Shown: positions 38,901 to 48,080 of the stretch, piece after piece
Position numbering within the stretch: position 1 is the first letter of the stretch
Layout of the letters: each line of letters opens with the position of its first letter
Assembly (NCBI GenBank): GCA_009926125.1
Contig: RFPM01000001.1
Coordinates: 3,479 to 67,478 of the forward strand
DNA from: Flavobacteriales bacterium
Lineage (GTDB): Bacteria > Bacteroidota > Bacteroidia > Flavobacteriales_D > Crocinitomicaceae
DNA: 64,000 bases
Reading direction: 5' to 3'
Position numbers and translations under genes: made by a program
The notes under the pieces: generated by a model
Told to the model about the DNA's origin: nothing
The model's database searches: none
Seen by the model: only the letters and a program-made list of their open reading frames with translations

Positions 38901-39655
38901 ATCCACCAACACTAATAAATATTATAGACGCTGCATCTGAAAACATTACTTGTAATGGTTTGTCAAATGGTTCTATTTCTATTTCAACTGATAATTTTAG
39001 TCTTGTAACTTATACTTGGACTCCAAACGTAGGTTCTGAACCTATTATTTCAGGATTAGCTCCAGGTTCGTATACAGTAAACGTATCTAATAGTGATTTT
39101 TGTGAAGATCAAACTACAATTATAATTACAGAGCCAAGTTTAATTTCTATAACTCCTGTTGACAGTATTGGTTCAGAATGTGGTGAAGCTAATGGTTCAC
39201 TTTCTGTTATCGCAAGTGGAGGTCAAGGTCCTTATTCTTATAATTGGGATAATGGTAATACTGGAGCTAATAATACAGAAATTGATGCTGGAAATTATAG
39301 TGTAACTGTAACAGATAATTCAGGATGTTCAGTTTCTAATTCTTTTGATTTAGGGTGCACAGAATTAATTCCAATTATTATACCTCAGTTTATTTCTCCA
39401 AATGGTGATGTAAAAAATGATACTTGGATTATTCAAAATTTAGAACTTTATCCAGATAACAAAGTATGGGTTTATAATAGATGGGGTAATTTAGTTTTTA
39501 GCTCAGAACCGTATGATAATGCAAATGGTTGGGATGGAACATATACTGGACTAGGAAAAACTGGGCCTTTGCCAGCATCTACATATTTTTATTTAATTGA
39601 TACGATGAAAAAATCTCAAGATGTGTATAAAGGTTATTTAGAAGTTCAACCGTAG
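35948..39655 (+). CDS. Large adhesin-like protein with PKD/Ig-like repeats, SprB-type repeats and a T9SS type-B (gliding-motility-associated) C-terminal domain
   Basis: Signal peptide. PKD-like TVCVGQAVTFVNTS...YTWNFG. The tail IPQFISPNGDVKNDTWIIQNLELYP...YFYLI...YKGYLEVQP matches the CHU_C/TIGR04131 pattern. Confidence 0.85.
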   Translation: MLSKILRNCVLAFIFLIHVNSFSQTPTASFISSPASSSGTVTVCVGQAVTFVNTSSSTLSGSTYTWNFGVGAIPATASGIGPHTVTYSSPISSTTASLNVNNNNGQQSNSSLTVVVNLSPISNLTLLNTASSFGTSTTNGQILFRNCTSNSITSFQFSSSYASSVTQTFNWGDGSPNSVQTDLSATNQISHNYGLGQFVLTHTVVLANACQVVKQYFVFNGEAPIITVSGSGQTTCLPFPYSIDVLSNNIPGTVYTVSFTDGSPANIFSSTNDTTISHVFNTSSCGESYQVGPITIENAFQSTIIAQNACGTSFATLGPITISTGTDAIYSYSPASPICEGEPVTFTNESYSGENVNQNGCTTNYGFYWSVMETNGWNVTSGSLGSNNGAIGSSYDFATWNTPVQNELEITFDTPGDYHVWLHTGNACGVDSVMQLVTILPNSRVNINPINPFICSGDLSDTIFMSSSIEGYLISWEVTDVLNVDGFNPAYGSGTTTDTIFPVQLINTSNILGYVVINASVGCSDLPPAIDTLFVYPQGNLIVSPLQDYLCSNETTDIDISSNLQNATFTWTVLFPSIISGASSGSGNTISQTLFNSGTTIANVTYTIYIGNVTCPGDSIVVIVAVQPGINLNQNNDTTLCPGSLLNPIDYISSPVGATYTWTNNNTSIGIGASGNGQVPTWTTPANNTGNPVVGTITVTALLDPSCPPSVTDFIVTISPSSNLEVSTLDTLVCSGQSPDVIVQSNVSSAIITWTAIAPPSISGSSNGNGNPGNIDDILINDGSTSSNDTVFYTIAISNVQCPSSNLIVSVTVQPQISMNDIPNILVCPGQPLINPVDFTTIPSGGTFTWTNSNTAIGLPSSGSGQIASWTAPSNTTSSAIVGNITISAQLNGCPIVQDVFSVTINPTPDYVYTLNPSDGISCISTTASINGTVSIPNSSIVWSGPNIISGQGNDSIIVGSAGTYVISMTDIATGCSANELIQIDPPTLINIIDAASENITCNGLSNGSISISTDNFSLVTYTWTPNVGSEPIISGLAPGSYTVNVSNSDFCEDQTTIIITEPSLISITPVDSIGSECGEANGSLSVIASGGQGPYSYNWDNGNTGANNTEIDAGNYSVTVTDNSGCSVSNSFDLGCTELIPIIIPQFISPNGDVKNDTWIIQNLELYPDNKVWVYNRWGNLVFSSEPYDNANGWDGTYTGLGKTGPLPASTYFYLIDTMKKSQDVYKGYLEVQP

Positions 39656-39659
39656 ACTT

Positions 39660-40565
39660 ATGAAGAAAATACTTCTTATTATATTTATAGTAAGCTCACT
39701 TGTTTCAAATGCACAACAAGATGCTCAAGCATCAATGTATTTTTTCAATCCGTTGAATTATAATCCAGCTTATGCCGGCACACGAGGATCTTTAAATTTA
39801 ACAGCTGTTCATCGCTCTCAATGGGTTGGCTGGGAAGGTGCCCCTAGTACTCAGTTTTTATCGATTCACGCTCCAATAGTGAGAAAGAGAATCGGTCTTG
39901 GTGCAAATTTGAGTTATGACAATATTGGTTCGCGATCAAACCTAAGTGCTATGGGGAATTTCGCTTACCATTTACAACTAAATTCTAAAAGTTTACGCTT
40001 GTCATTTGGTGCTTCAGCTGGAATTAATTCAAATCAATATGATTTTAATGGTTTAATTGTGAATGATAATACTGATATACATTATCTTACCTCAAATAAG
40101 TCAGTATCTCCGAACTTCGGTGCTGGACTTTATTTGCATTCAAATAAGGGCTATTTAGGTTTTTCTCTTCCTAGATTAATTGAAAAGTCAATTGATAATA
40201 ATACAAGTAAATCATTTTTACAAAAACACTATTATTTAACTTCTGGTTATGTTTTTAATGTAAATAGTGTTACTGACATAAAACCTTCAATATTAATTAA
40301 GTACACACAAAATGCACCAATAACAGTAGATTTTAATTATTCCATGTTTTTTTATAATAAGCTATGGATAGGGTTAATGTATAGGATGCATGAGTCAGTA
40401 GGATTTAATAGCTCTTTTCTTGTAAAAGAAGCATTTACACTGGGATATTCATTTGATTACCCAATAAATAATCTCCGATTGAATAATTTTGGTAGCCATG
40501 AAATATTATTTTCATTTGATTTGAGATCTAAAAACCGCGCATTTATTAGTCCAAGATATTTTTAA
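39660..40565 (+). CDS. PorP/SprF-family T9SS outer-membrane protein
   Basis: 301 aa. Signal peptide followed by QQDAQASMYFFNPLNYNPAYAG, the family signature. The C-terminus ends in ...SPRYF. Confidence 0.85.
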   Translation: MKKILLIIFIVSSLVSNAQQDAQASMYFFNPLNYNPAYAGTRGSLNLTAVHRSQWVGWEGAPSTQFLSIHAPIVRKRIGLGANLSYDNIGSRSNLSAMGNFAYHLQLNSKSLRLSFGASAGINSNQYDFNGLIVNDNTDIHYLTSNKSVSPNFGAGLYLHSNKGYLGFSLPRLIEKSIDNNTSKSFLQKHYYLTSGYVFNVNSVTDIKPSILIKYTQNAPITVDFNYSMFFYNKLWIGLMYRMHESVGFNSSFLVKEAFTLGYSFDYPINNLRLNNFGSHEILFSFDLRSKNRAFISPRYF

Positions 40566-40567
40566 AT

Positions 40568-43018
40568 ATGAAATTTCAATTACTATTTAGTTTATTTTTT
40601 GCGTTTCTTGTTAATTCAATAAATTCTCAAACCTATAAGTTAGAGTATGCACAAAAGCTATCTGGTCAATTTAATTTCGTTGAAGCTTATCCAGTTTGGG
40701 AAGATTTGTCAAATGTATTCTTGAAAAAACAAAAAGGAGATTGGGAATATTTACGTCAGGCAGCAAAAGCTGCAGAAAAGTCAGAGCAATACGAAAAAGC
40801 ATTGTATTGGATTAAAATTTTGGTAGATAAAAACAAAGCATTAGCGAAAGACTACCCTTCTTATTTTTCTTTATTATGTATTAATAAGAAACATAATTTA
40901 CTAGAGCCCGCTGTTCAAATTGCTCTTGAAAGATTTCCTTCAGATAGTTCTATTTTATTATGGTCAAAAAATACGGGGAAAATTATTGAAGCAAATTCAA
41001 AAATCTCAGAATACAAAGTTGAAAATTTTAGAACACAAAAAAGAGGAGAGGAATTTGCAGCAGTTCCATATAAGGAAGGCCTTATTTTAGTTTCAAATAA
41101 AAGAAATACTGGTTTTATTAATCGACTATATGGAAGAACCAATCAACATTTTTTAGATTTAATTTTTATTTCTAATCCCATTTTAAATAGGGAGAAAGAT
41201 GACCTTTGGAAAGAAATAAAAAGAACTAATTCTCATGATGGTCCAATTTCTTTTTCTTCAGATTATTCTCTTGCTGCAATTACTAGTAACCAAATAGAAG
41301 TTTACCAAAAAGACAAAATTAAGTATGCTAATTTAGAACTAACTATTTTTAAATCTTCTGACAATAAATGGTCTGCAACAAATTTATTTAAATGGAATAA
41401 TCCTTCTTATTCATGTGGTCATGGTTTTTTTGATGGCTTAGGTGATTTATATTTTGCTTCAAACATGCCTGGAGGATTTGGAGGTTCTGATTTATATAAA
41501 TGCACGTGGAATGGATCGAAATTTGAAGCGCCGATTAATTTAGGTAATACAATAAATACAAGTAAAGATGAATTTTCCCCATTTCACGACGAGAACAGGG
41601 GAGTTTTATATTTTTCATCAAACGGTTGGCCAAGTCAAGGTGGATTGGATATATTCTCAACTGATTTATTAACTTTTGAGCCTGAAAACTTGGGTAGCCC
41701 AATTAATACATCAGCAGATGATTTTAGTTTTTTTCTAAATACAGAAACTGATAAAGGCTATCTTTCTTCAAATCGAAATGAATGGAAGGATAATGTTTTT
41801 TTAATTTCCAAGTCAAAAAGCGATATTAAACCTTCAATTTCTGTTATTGCATGTGATAATACGCCACTAATTAATGTTCCAATTAGAATTACAGACTTAG
41901 AATCTTCCTTAAGAGTAACTCGCATAACAAATAGTGATGGAATATTTAATTTTAAACCTAGGGTAAATTCATCATTCTCTTTTTATTATTGTGGAGATGA
42001 TAAGTATGCTGCAGATAGCATTCAATTTTCATATAATGAAGAGCTTGACACTGAGATTAAGTTTCAAGCTAAGTTGAAAAATCAAATTGTTAAAATTAAT
42101 TTTGTAGATCAAAATAATAATTTTCTTTCTGGTGTTCAACTTTCTTCATATTCAAAGGGCATAATAAAATCTAAATATATATCAAATGACGCTGAAGGTG
42201 AAATAATATTTTCTACCCAAGAATTTTTTAGTTTAGATTCTATTAAAGCTAATTTAATCAATTATGAAGATATATTACTTGCTACTTCGGATTTAGCTAA
42301 AAATAAATGTTCTGATACAATCTTTTTTACTATTAATATGCTCAAAGAAACAGGTGAGGACTGGATTAATTTAGGTTTAATACTTTATGACTTTGACTTA
42401 TTTAATCTTCGGCCTGAAGGGAGATTAGAATTGGATAAATTGGTTCGATATATGAAGCAACATCCTGATGTATTTGTTGAATTACAATCTCATACGGATT
42501 CAAGGGGTACTTATGATTACAATATATGGTTGGCTGAACAACGATCACAAAGTTGTGTAAATTATATCATAAGTAACGGTATTTCAAGTTCTCAAATTAT
42601 TCCAAAAGGTTATGGTGAAAGAAGACTTAAAAACTCTTGTAATGATTTTACAGTTTGTACAGAAGATGAACACCAAGAAAACCGAAGAACTGAATTACAC
42701 ATTAAACTAACAAAGGATGCAATAATTGATTCTTCAAATCTAAATTCAAACTTAAAAATAAATAATTCGCTAATATTAAGTGATTCAATTTATTTCAGAG
42801 TCCAATTAATTTCGTCAAGTAAAAAAATAGGTTCTACTTCAAAAATATTTAGAAACTTGCCGATTTATGAGTACGAAGACAAAGGCCTTTATAAATATTG
42901 TTTAGCTGAAAAATTTAATAATATTGAAAGCTCCAAACAAAAAGCTTTATCATTAAGGTTAAATGGTTTTCCAGAAGCATTTATCGTTGTTTTCAAGAAT
43001 GATAAACGTTTTAAATAA
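40568..43018 (+). CDS. PorE-like protein: TPR-like region + PD40 beta-propeller + CarboxypepD_reg-like + OmpA_C + SPOR-like tail
   Basis: PD40-like repeats (FSPFHDENRGVLYFSSN, YLSSNRNEWKDNVF). OmpA_C (LQSHTDSRGT...GYGERR...NRRTEL). The last ~100 aa are SPOR-like (YFRVQLISSSKK...FPEAFIVVFKN). Confidence 0.75.
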   Translation: MKFQLLFSLFFAFLVNSINSQTYKLEYAQKLSGQFNFVEAYPVWEDLSNVFLKKQKGDWEYLRQAAKAAEKSEQYEKALYWIKILVDKNKALAKDYPSYFSLLCINKKHNLLEPAVQIALERFPSDSSILLWSKNTGKIIEANSKISEYKVENFRTQKRGEEFAAVPYKEGLILVSNKRNTGFINRLYGRTNQHFLDLIFISNPILNREKDDLWKEIKRTNSHDGPISFSSDYSLAAITSNQIEVYQKDKIKYANLELTIFKSSDNKWSATNLFKWNNPSYSCGHGFFDGLGDLYFASNMPGGFGGSDLYKCTWNGSKFEAPINLGNTINTSKDEFSPFHDENRGVLYFSSNGWPSQGGLDIFSTDLLTFEPENLGSPINTSADDFSFFLNTETDKGYLSSNRNEWKDNVFLISKSKSDIKPSISVIACDNTPLINVPIRITDLESSLRVTRITNSDGIFNFKPRVNSSFSFYYCGDDKYAADSIQFSYNEELDTEIKFQAKLKNQIVKINFVDQNNNFLSGVQLSSYSKGIIKSKYISNDAEGEIIFSTQEFFSLDSIKANLINYEDILLATSDLAKNKCSDTIFFTINMLKETGEDWINLGLILYDFDLFNLRPEGRLELDKLVRYMKQHPDVFVELQSHTDSRGTYDYNIWLAEQRSQSCVNYIISNGISSSQIIPKGYGERRLKNSCNDFTVCTEDEHQENRRTELHIKLTKDAIIDSSNLNSNLKINNSLILSDSIYFRVQLISSSKKIGSTSKIFRNLPIYEYEDKGLYKYCLAEKFNNIESSKQKALSLRLNGFPEAFIVVFKNDKRFK

Positions 43019-43023
43019 GTAAT

Positions 43024-43434
43024 TTAAAGAATTATAACTCCATAACTTATCTTAATCTCAGGATTTAAACTTGACTTTACGGAACAATATTTGTCAATTG
43101 AAAGCTGAATAGCTCTTTCTACTTTAAGTAAATCAATTTCCTCATCGATGGAGAAAACAAGATGGATTTTTTCAAAGGGACTTGGTACGCTATTCTTCTT
43201 AGTTGCATCCACAGAAACCTCATATTTTTTTGGTTCTATGTGTTGCTTGTTTAAAATCATTAAAACATCAATAGAAATACAAGCAGCCAAAGCACCTGCT
43301 AAAAGCTCCATTGGTGTTAATCCCTTATTTTTTCCTCCAATGTCTTTTGAAGAATCAATTTTACAGATCGTTCCACTTTCATTTTCTAACTCAAAAACAT
43401 AGGGTTTTTCTATTCGATTTAATTCTAATTTCAT
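43024..43434 (-). CDS. OsmC/Ohr-family peroxiredoxin-like protein
   Basis: 136 aa. MELLAGALAACISIDV and KYCSV Cys motifs are typical of the OsmC family. Confidence 0.8.
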   Translation of the reverse strand: MKLELNRIEKPYVFELENESGTICKIDSSKDIGGKNKGLTPMELLAGALAACISIDVLMILNKQHIEPKKYEVSVDATKKNSVPSPFEKIHLVFSIDEEIDLLKVERAIQLSIDKYCSVKSSLNPEIKISYGVIIL

Positions 43435-43461
43435 TTCTTTTTGAGTTAATTATTATCACCT

Positions 43462-43469
43462 CAAATGTA
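43462..43469 (-). promoter_or_regulatory. -7 box (TACATTTG) for the osmC-like gene
   Basis: Matches TAnnTTTG. Lies 27 nt upstream of the start at 43434. Confidence 0.45.
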
Positions 43470-43501
43470 CATATTATGAATAATATCGAAAGGGAATTTA
43501 G

Positions 43502-43509
43502 TACATTTG
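43502..43509 (+). promoter_or_regulatory. -7 box (TACATTTG) for rocD
   Basis: Matches TAnnTTTG. Lies 27 nt upstream of the ATG at 43537. Confidence 0.45.
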
Positions 43510-43536
43510 TCAACTATTTAAAGTATTGAGTTGTCA

Positions 43537-44808
43537 ATGGAAACAAATCGAGCAAATAATCTTATTGAACTTGAGGATAAATTTGGCGCACATAATTATC
43601 ATCCTCTTCCTGTAGTATTAACTAAGGGAGAAGGTGTTTTTGTTTGGGATGTTGATGGAAAAAAGTATTTCGATTTTCTTTCCGCTTATTCTGCGGTGAA
43701 TCAAGGTCATTGTCATCCTCGTATTACAAAAGCCTTAATTGATCAAGCAAAAACACTAGCCTTAACTTCTCGAGCATTTTACAATGATTGTTTAGGTGAA
43801 TATGAAAAATATGTCACTAATTTATTTGGTTTTGATAAGGTTTTACCAATGAACACTGGTGCAGAAGCTGTTGAAACTGCAATTAAACTTTGTAGAAAAT
43901 GGGCCTACGAGAAAAAAGGAATAGCCGAAAATCAGGCTGTAATAGTTGTTTGCGATGGGAATTTTCATGGGAGAACAACAACGATCATTTCTTTTTCTAC
44001 TGATCCAGATTCAAATAAGAATTTTGGCCCTTATGCGCCAGGTTTTCTTGCGATTCCATATGATGATATTCCTGCTTTAGAAAAAGCATTGAAATTACCC
44101 AATGTTGTTGGGTTTTTAGTCGAGCCAATTCAAGGGGAAGCGGGTGTTTATACTCCTTCAGATGATTTTATTTCAAAGGCGCGCCTCTTGTGTACTGAAA
44201 ATGGAGCTTTGTTTATTGCAGATGAAGTTCAAACAGGAATTGGAAGAACTGGAAGTTTATTAGCAGTATGTGGAAATTGTAATTGCGAACAAAACTGCGA
44301 ACGTCAAAAAAATACGTACAATCGCCCTGATATTTTAATACTTGGAAAAGCACTTTCTGGAGGTGTTTACCCTGTTTCTGCAGTATTAGCAGATGATGAA
44401 ATTATGCTCGTTATAAAGCCTGGTCAGCATGGTTCTACATTTGGTGGAAATCCAATTGCAGCAAAGGTTGCTATTGCTGCTTTAGAAGCTGTTAATGACG
44501 AAAATTTAATTCAAAATGCAAGAAAATTAGGAGCGTTTTTTCGTAGTGAAATGAATAGAATCATATCTAAATCCGATTTAGTACTAAAAGTTCGTGGAAA
44601 AGGCTTACTAAATGCTATTGTTGTAAACGATTCTGAAACAGGAAAAACAGCATGGAATTTATGCCTTGCCTTAAAAGAAAATGGACTCCTAGCAAAACCA
44701 ACTCACGGCAATATTATTCGTTTTGCTCCACCTTTAATCATTACCAAAGAGCAAATTACAGAATGCATTCAGATTATTGAAAAAACTATAAATTCTTTTA
44801 AAAAGTAA
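43537..44808 (+). CDS. rocD: Ornithine aminotransferase (class III PLP), with a Cys-rich insertion
   Basis: [49 protein letters not shown]. See the finding on the insertion at 44269-44322. Confidence 0.88.
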   Translation: METNRANNLIELEDKFGAHNYHPLPVVLTKGEGVFVWDVDGKKYFDFLSAYSAVNQGHCHPRITKALIDQAKTLALTSRAFYNDCLGEYEKYVTNLFGFDKVLPMNTGAEAVETAIKLCRKWAYEKKGIAENQAVIVVCDGNFHGRTTTIISFSTDPDSNKNFGPYAPGFLAIPYDDIPALEKALKLPNVVGFLVEPIQGEAGVYTPSDDFISKARLLCTENGALFIADEVQTGIGRTGSLLAVCGNCNCEQNCERQKNTYNRPDILILGKALSGGVYPVSAVLADDEIMLVIKPGQHGSTFGGNPIAAKVAIAALEAVNDENLIQNARKLGAFFRSEMNRIISKSDLVLKVRGKGLLNAIVVNDSETGKTAWNLCLALKENGLLAKPTHGNIIRFAPPLIITKEQITECIQIIEKTINSFKK

Positions 44809-44813
44809 GTAGT

Positions 44814-46223
44814 ATGTCAGAGCTAATAAAATTTGGAACAGATGGTTGGAGGGCAATTATTGGAGCAGATTTCACTGTTCAAAATGTAGCAAGAGTTTCT
44901 GAGGCAACCGGACTTTGGCTTAAGCAAAAATATATTAATCCTACAGTAATTGTAGGCCATGATTGTCGCTTTGCAGGAGAATTATTTATGGAAACTGTGG
45001 CCAAAGTGTTAGTTCAACAGGGAATAAAAGTAAAAATGGCCAGGGGTTTTGTTTCTACACCGATGATTTCTTTGGCTGCAAATCACTTTAATTATGAGGT
45101 TGGAGTTATCATTACAGCAAGTCATAATCCACCATCTTATAATGGGTTTAAGTTAAAGGCACATTTTGGAGGGCCCTTAGAACCTGAAAATGTCCAAGCT
45201 GTTGAAGATCTAATTCCATTAAAATGTACAATAGATTTTTCTTCCGTTTCGATTGAACATTTAATTCAATCAGGAAAAATTGAATTAGTTGACATCGAAG
45301 AACTTTATATCAATCACGTAAAAAACAACTTTGATCTAAATGCAATTTCAAAATCAGGAATGAAGCTCGTTTATGATGCAATGTATGGGGCAGGGCAGCG
45401 CGTTATGCCCAGAATATTACCATCTGTAGAACTATTGCATTGCGACCATAATCCTTCTTTCCGAGGGCAAGCTCCTGAACCGATTGCGAAGAATTTGAAA
45501 GAATTAGAATCTTATATTATTCAAAATCCAGGTGTTCATTGTGCGCTTGCAACCGATGGGGATGCAGATAGAATTGGTTTGTACAATGGTAAAGGTGAAT
45601 TTATTGATTCTCATCACATCATTTTGCTCTTGATCCATTACATGGTGAAATACAAGCAAATGACTGGGAAAGTTGTTATAGCTTTTAGTGTTACTCCTCG
45701 TGTAGAAGTACTTTGTAAACATTATGGCTTAGAGTTAGAGGTAACGAAAATTGGCTTTAAAGAAATTGCCAGTATTATGGTAAAAGAAGATGTTTTATTG
45801 GGGGGTGAAGAATCAGGTGGTATTGCTGTAAAAGGCCACATTCCAGAGCGAGATGGAATTTGGATGGGACTTATTATTTGGGAGTTTATGGCTAAATCTG
45901 GAAAAACACTTGACGAATTAATTGAAGAAGTTTATGCGATCGTTGGCCCATTTAAATTTGAACGAAGTGATTTACATATTACAGAGGTATTAAAGCAAAA
46001 AATAATTACCTCTTGTAAGGCCAATAGTTACAAATCTTTTGGTGAATACAAGGTGAAAGAACTAAAGACGATTGATGGATTTAAATATTTCTTTGATTCA
46101 GAACGCTGGGTTATGATTCGACCATCGGGTACTGAGCCGGTTTTAAGAACCTATGCTGAAGCGCCGACTTTAGAAGAGGTAAGAAAAATCTTAAAAGTTA
46201 CTGAGGAAACAATCTGTATCTAA
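44814..46223 (+). CDS. Alpha-D-phosphohexomutase (phosphoglucomutase/phosphomannomutase family)
   Basis: FGTDGWRA, active-site TASHNP, metal loop ATDGDADR, sugar loop GGEESGG. Confidence 0.85.
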   Translation: MSELIKFGTDGWRAIIGADFTVQNVARVSEATGLWLKQKYINPTVIVGHDCRFAGELFMETVAKVLVQQGIKVKMARGFVSTPMISLAANHFNYEVGVIITASHNPPSYNGFKLKAHFGGPLEPENVQAVEDLIPLKCTIDFSSVSIEHLIQSGKIELVDIEELYINHVKNNFDLNAISKSGMKLVYDAMYGAGQRVMPRILPSVELLHCDHNPSFRGQAPEPIAKNLKELESYIIQNPGVHCALATDGDADRIGLYNGKGEFIDSHHIILLLIHYMVKYKQMTGKVVIAFSVTPRVEVLCKHYGLELEVTKIGFKEIASIMVKEDVLLGGEESGGIAVKGHIPERDGIWMGLIIWEFMAKSGKTLDELIEEVYAIVGPFKFERSDLHITEVLKQKIITSCKANSYKSFGEYKVKELKTIDGFKYFFDSERWVMIRPSGTEPVLRTYAEAPTLEEVRKILKVTEETICI

Positions 46224-46281
46224 TAACTTCTAAATTTATTAAAAAAGAACTTTTTATCTTATTTACCCTTCAGTTTTGTTT

Positions 46282-46289
46282 TAATTTTG
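46282..46289 (+). promoter_or_regulatory. -7 box (TAATTTTG) for the hypothetical membrane protein and kbl
   Basis: Matches TAnnTTTG. Only 4 nt separate it from the ATG at 46294. Confidence 0.45.
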
Positions 46290-46293
46290 CAGT

Positions 46294-46851
46294 ATGAATT
46301 TGATTGGGAATAGAATAAGTTTTATAGATAGCAAAGGAAAAACTACAATCGTAATTTCCCCAGAAAAAAATTATCTAATTACTGCTTTAATGGGCGCATG
46401 GTTGGCAATGTGGATTACAATTGGCTGCACAGTTTTTTGGTCACTTTTTTATCTTACTTTAACCAATCAAGAAGAAATAATTATTTACATTTTTTTAGTT
46501 TTTTGGGTCTATTACGCGATAAAAGTTTCAAGGTCTTTTCTGTGGTTGCTTTATGGCAAAGAATTAATCAAGATTGATAACTTGGCTTTATCTTATAAAA
46601 GATCACTTTTGAAATATGGAAAATCAGTTCCTTATTATTTTGAAAATATTTCTAATTTTTCTTTTTCAATTCCTGAACCACGTTCAATGCACGCTATTTG
46701 GGAAGCTTCTCCTTGGATTTCAGGAGGCGAACGATTTCATTTTGATTATTTTAGTAAAATGATTCGCTTTGGCAGAAAAATTTCAGAAAAAGATGCCAAA
46801 TTACTTTATCAACTCATCAACAAACGGATTCAAGAACGCTCAAAAAAATAA
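46294..46851 (+). CDS. Hypothetical two-TM membrane protein
   Basis: Two hydrophobic helices (ITALMGAWLAMWITIGCTVFWSLFYL, IIIYIFLVFWVYYAI). No recognisable family. It has its own -7 box. Confidence 0.5.
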   Translation: MNLIGNRISFIDSKGKTTIVISPEKNYLITALMGAWLAMWITIGCTVFWSLFYLTLTNQEEIIIYIFLVFWVYYAIKVSRSFLWLLYGKELIKIDNLALSYKRSLLKYGKSVPYYFENISNFSFSIPEPRSMHAIWEASPWISGGERFHFDYFSKMIRFGRKISEKDAKLLYQLINKRIQERSKK

Positions 46852-46854
46852 TTT

Positions 46855-48042
46855 ATGTACGGAAAGTTAAAAGATGCATTAGCTAGTGAATTAAAAATAA
46901 TTGAAGAGAGTGGATTATTGAAGCGCGAGCGAATTATTACAAGTCCTCAAGGTCCAAGTGTAAAAGTAAATACTGGAGATAATGTAGTGGTGATGTGTGC
47001 AAATAATTATTTGGGTTTATCTTCTCATCCCGAAGTTATTCAGGCTGCAAAAGATGCATTAGATACTCATGGTTTCGGCATGTCTTCTGTACGTTTCATA
47101 TGTGGCACTCAGGATATTCATAAACAACTAGAGCAAAAAATAGCAGCGTTTTATGGAACCGAAGATACTATTTTGTATGCTGCAGCTTTTGATGCAAATG
47201 GGGGGTTATTTGAGCCTTTGTTTACAGAGGAAGACGCAATTATTTCCGATGCATTGAATCATGCATCAATTATTGATGGAATTAGATTGTGTAAAGCACA
47301 GCGCTATCGATATCAACATTCAGATATGCAGGATTTAGAAGAGCAGCTTAAGCTAGCGCAAGCTCAACGTTTTCGTATTATCGTTACAGATGGTGTTTTT
47401 TCTATGGATGGTGACATTGCTAAAATGGATAAAATTTGTGATTTAGCAGATAAATACGATGCTTTGGTAATGACAGATGAATGTCATTCTGCTGGATTTA
47501 TTGGTAAAACAGGCCGTGGTGTTCCAGAACATTGTGGAGTAATGGATCGCGTGGATATTATTACCGGTACTTTGGGCAAAGCACTGGGTGGAGCGATGGG
47601 AGGTTATACGACGGGTAAAAAAGAAATAATAGAAATGTTGCGTCAACGATCTAGGCCGTATTTATTTTCTAATTCTTTGGCTCCATCTATTGTGGGTGCT
47701 TCCATAAAGGTGTTTGAAATACTATCTTCAACAACTGTTTTGCGCGATAAATTAGAACAAAACACACTTTATTTTAAAGAAAAAATAAGGAGTGCCGGTT
47801 TTGATATTAAGCCAGGCGACTCCCCAATTGTGCCTATTATGTTGTACGATGCTGCACTTTCTCAAAAATTTGCAGAGCTACTGCTTAAAGAAGGTGTTTA
47901 CGCAGTTGGATTTTTCTTTCCAGTTGTTGCCAAAGGGCAGGCTCGTATTCGGACACAAATATCTGCAGCGCATTCTATTTCAGATTTAGATAAAGCAATT
48001 GCTGCTTTTATAAAGGTTGGAAAAGAATTAAATGTAATTTAA
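46855..48042 (+). CDS. kbl: Glycine C-acetyltransferase (2-amino-3-ketobutyrate CoA ligase)
   Basis: 395 aa. [22 protein letters not shown] lysine in GTLGKALGG. Confidence 0.88.
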   Translation: MYGKLKDALASELKIIEESGLLKRERIITSPQGPSVKVNTGDNVVVMCANNYLGLSSHPEVIQAAKDALDTHGFGMSSVRFICGTQDIHKQLEQKIAAFYGTEDTILYAAAFDANGGLFEPLFTEEDAIISDALNHASIIDGIRLCKAQRYRYQHSDMQDLEEQLKLAQAQRFRIIVTDGVFSMDGDIAKMDKICDLADKYDALVMTDECHSAGFIGKTGRGVPEHCGVMDRVDIITGTLGKALGGAMGGYTTGKKEIIEMLRQRSRPYLFSNSLAPSIVGASIKVFEILSSTTVLRDKLEQNTLYFKEKIRSAGFDIKPGDSPIVPIMLYDAALSQKFAELLLKEGVYAVGFFFPVVAKGQARIRTQISAAHSISDLDKAIAAFIKVGKELNVI

Positions 48043-48080
48043 GTAACTTATTCTTAACTTAGTGATTAATTAAAAACTAT

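Noticed and set aside
43461-43510. 9-bp inverted repeat CAAATGTAC ... GTACATTTG in the osmC/rocD intergenic region, considered as a possible operator
   Set aside because: It is fully explained as two divergent TACATTTG -7 promoter boxes, one per strand. No additional symmetry is needed.
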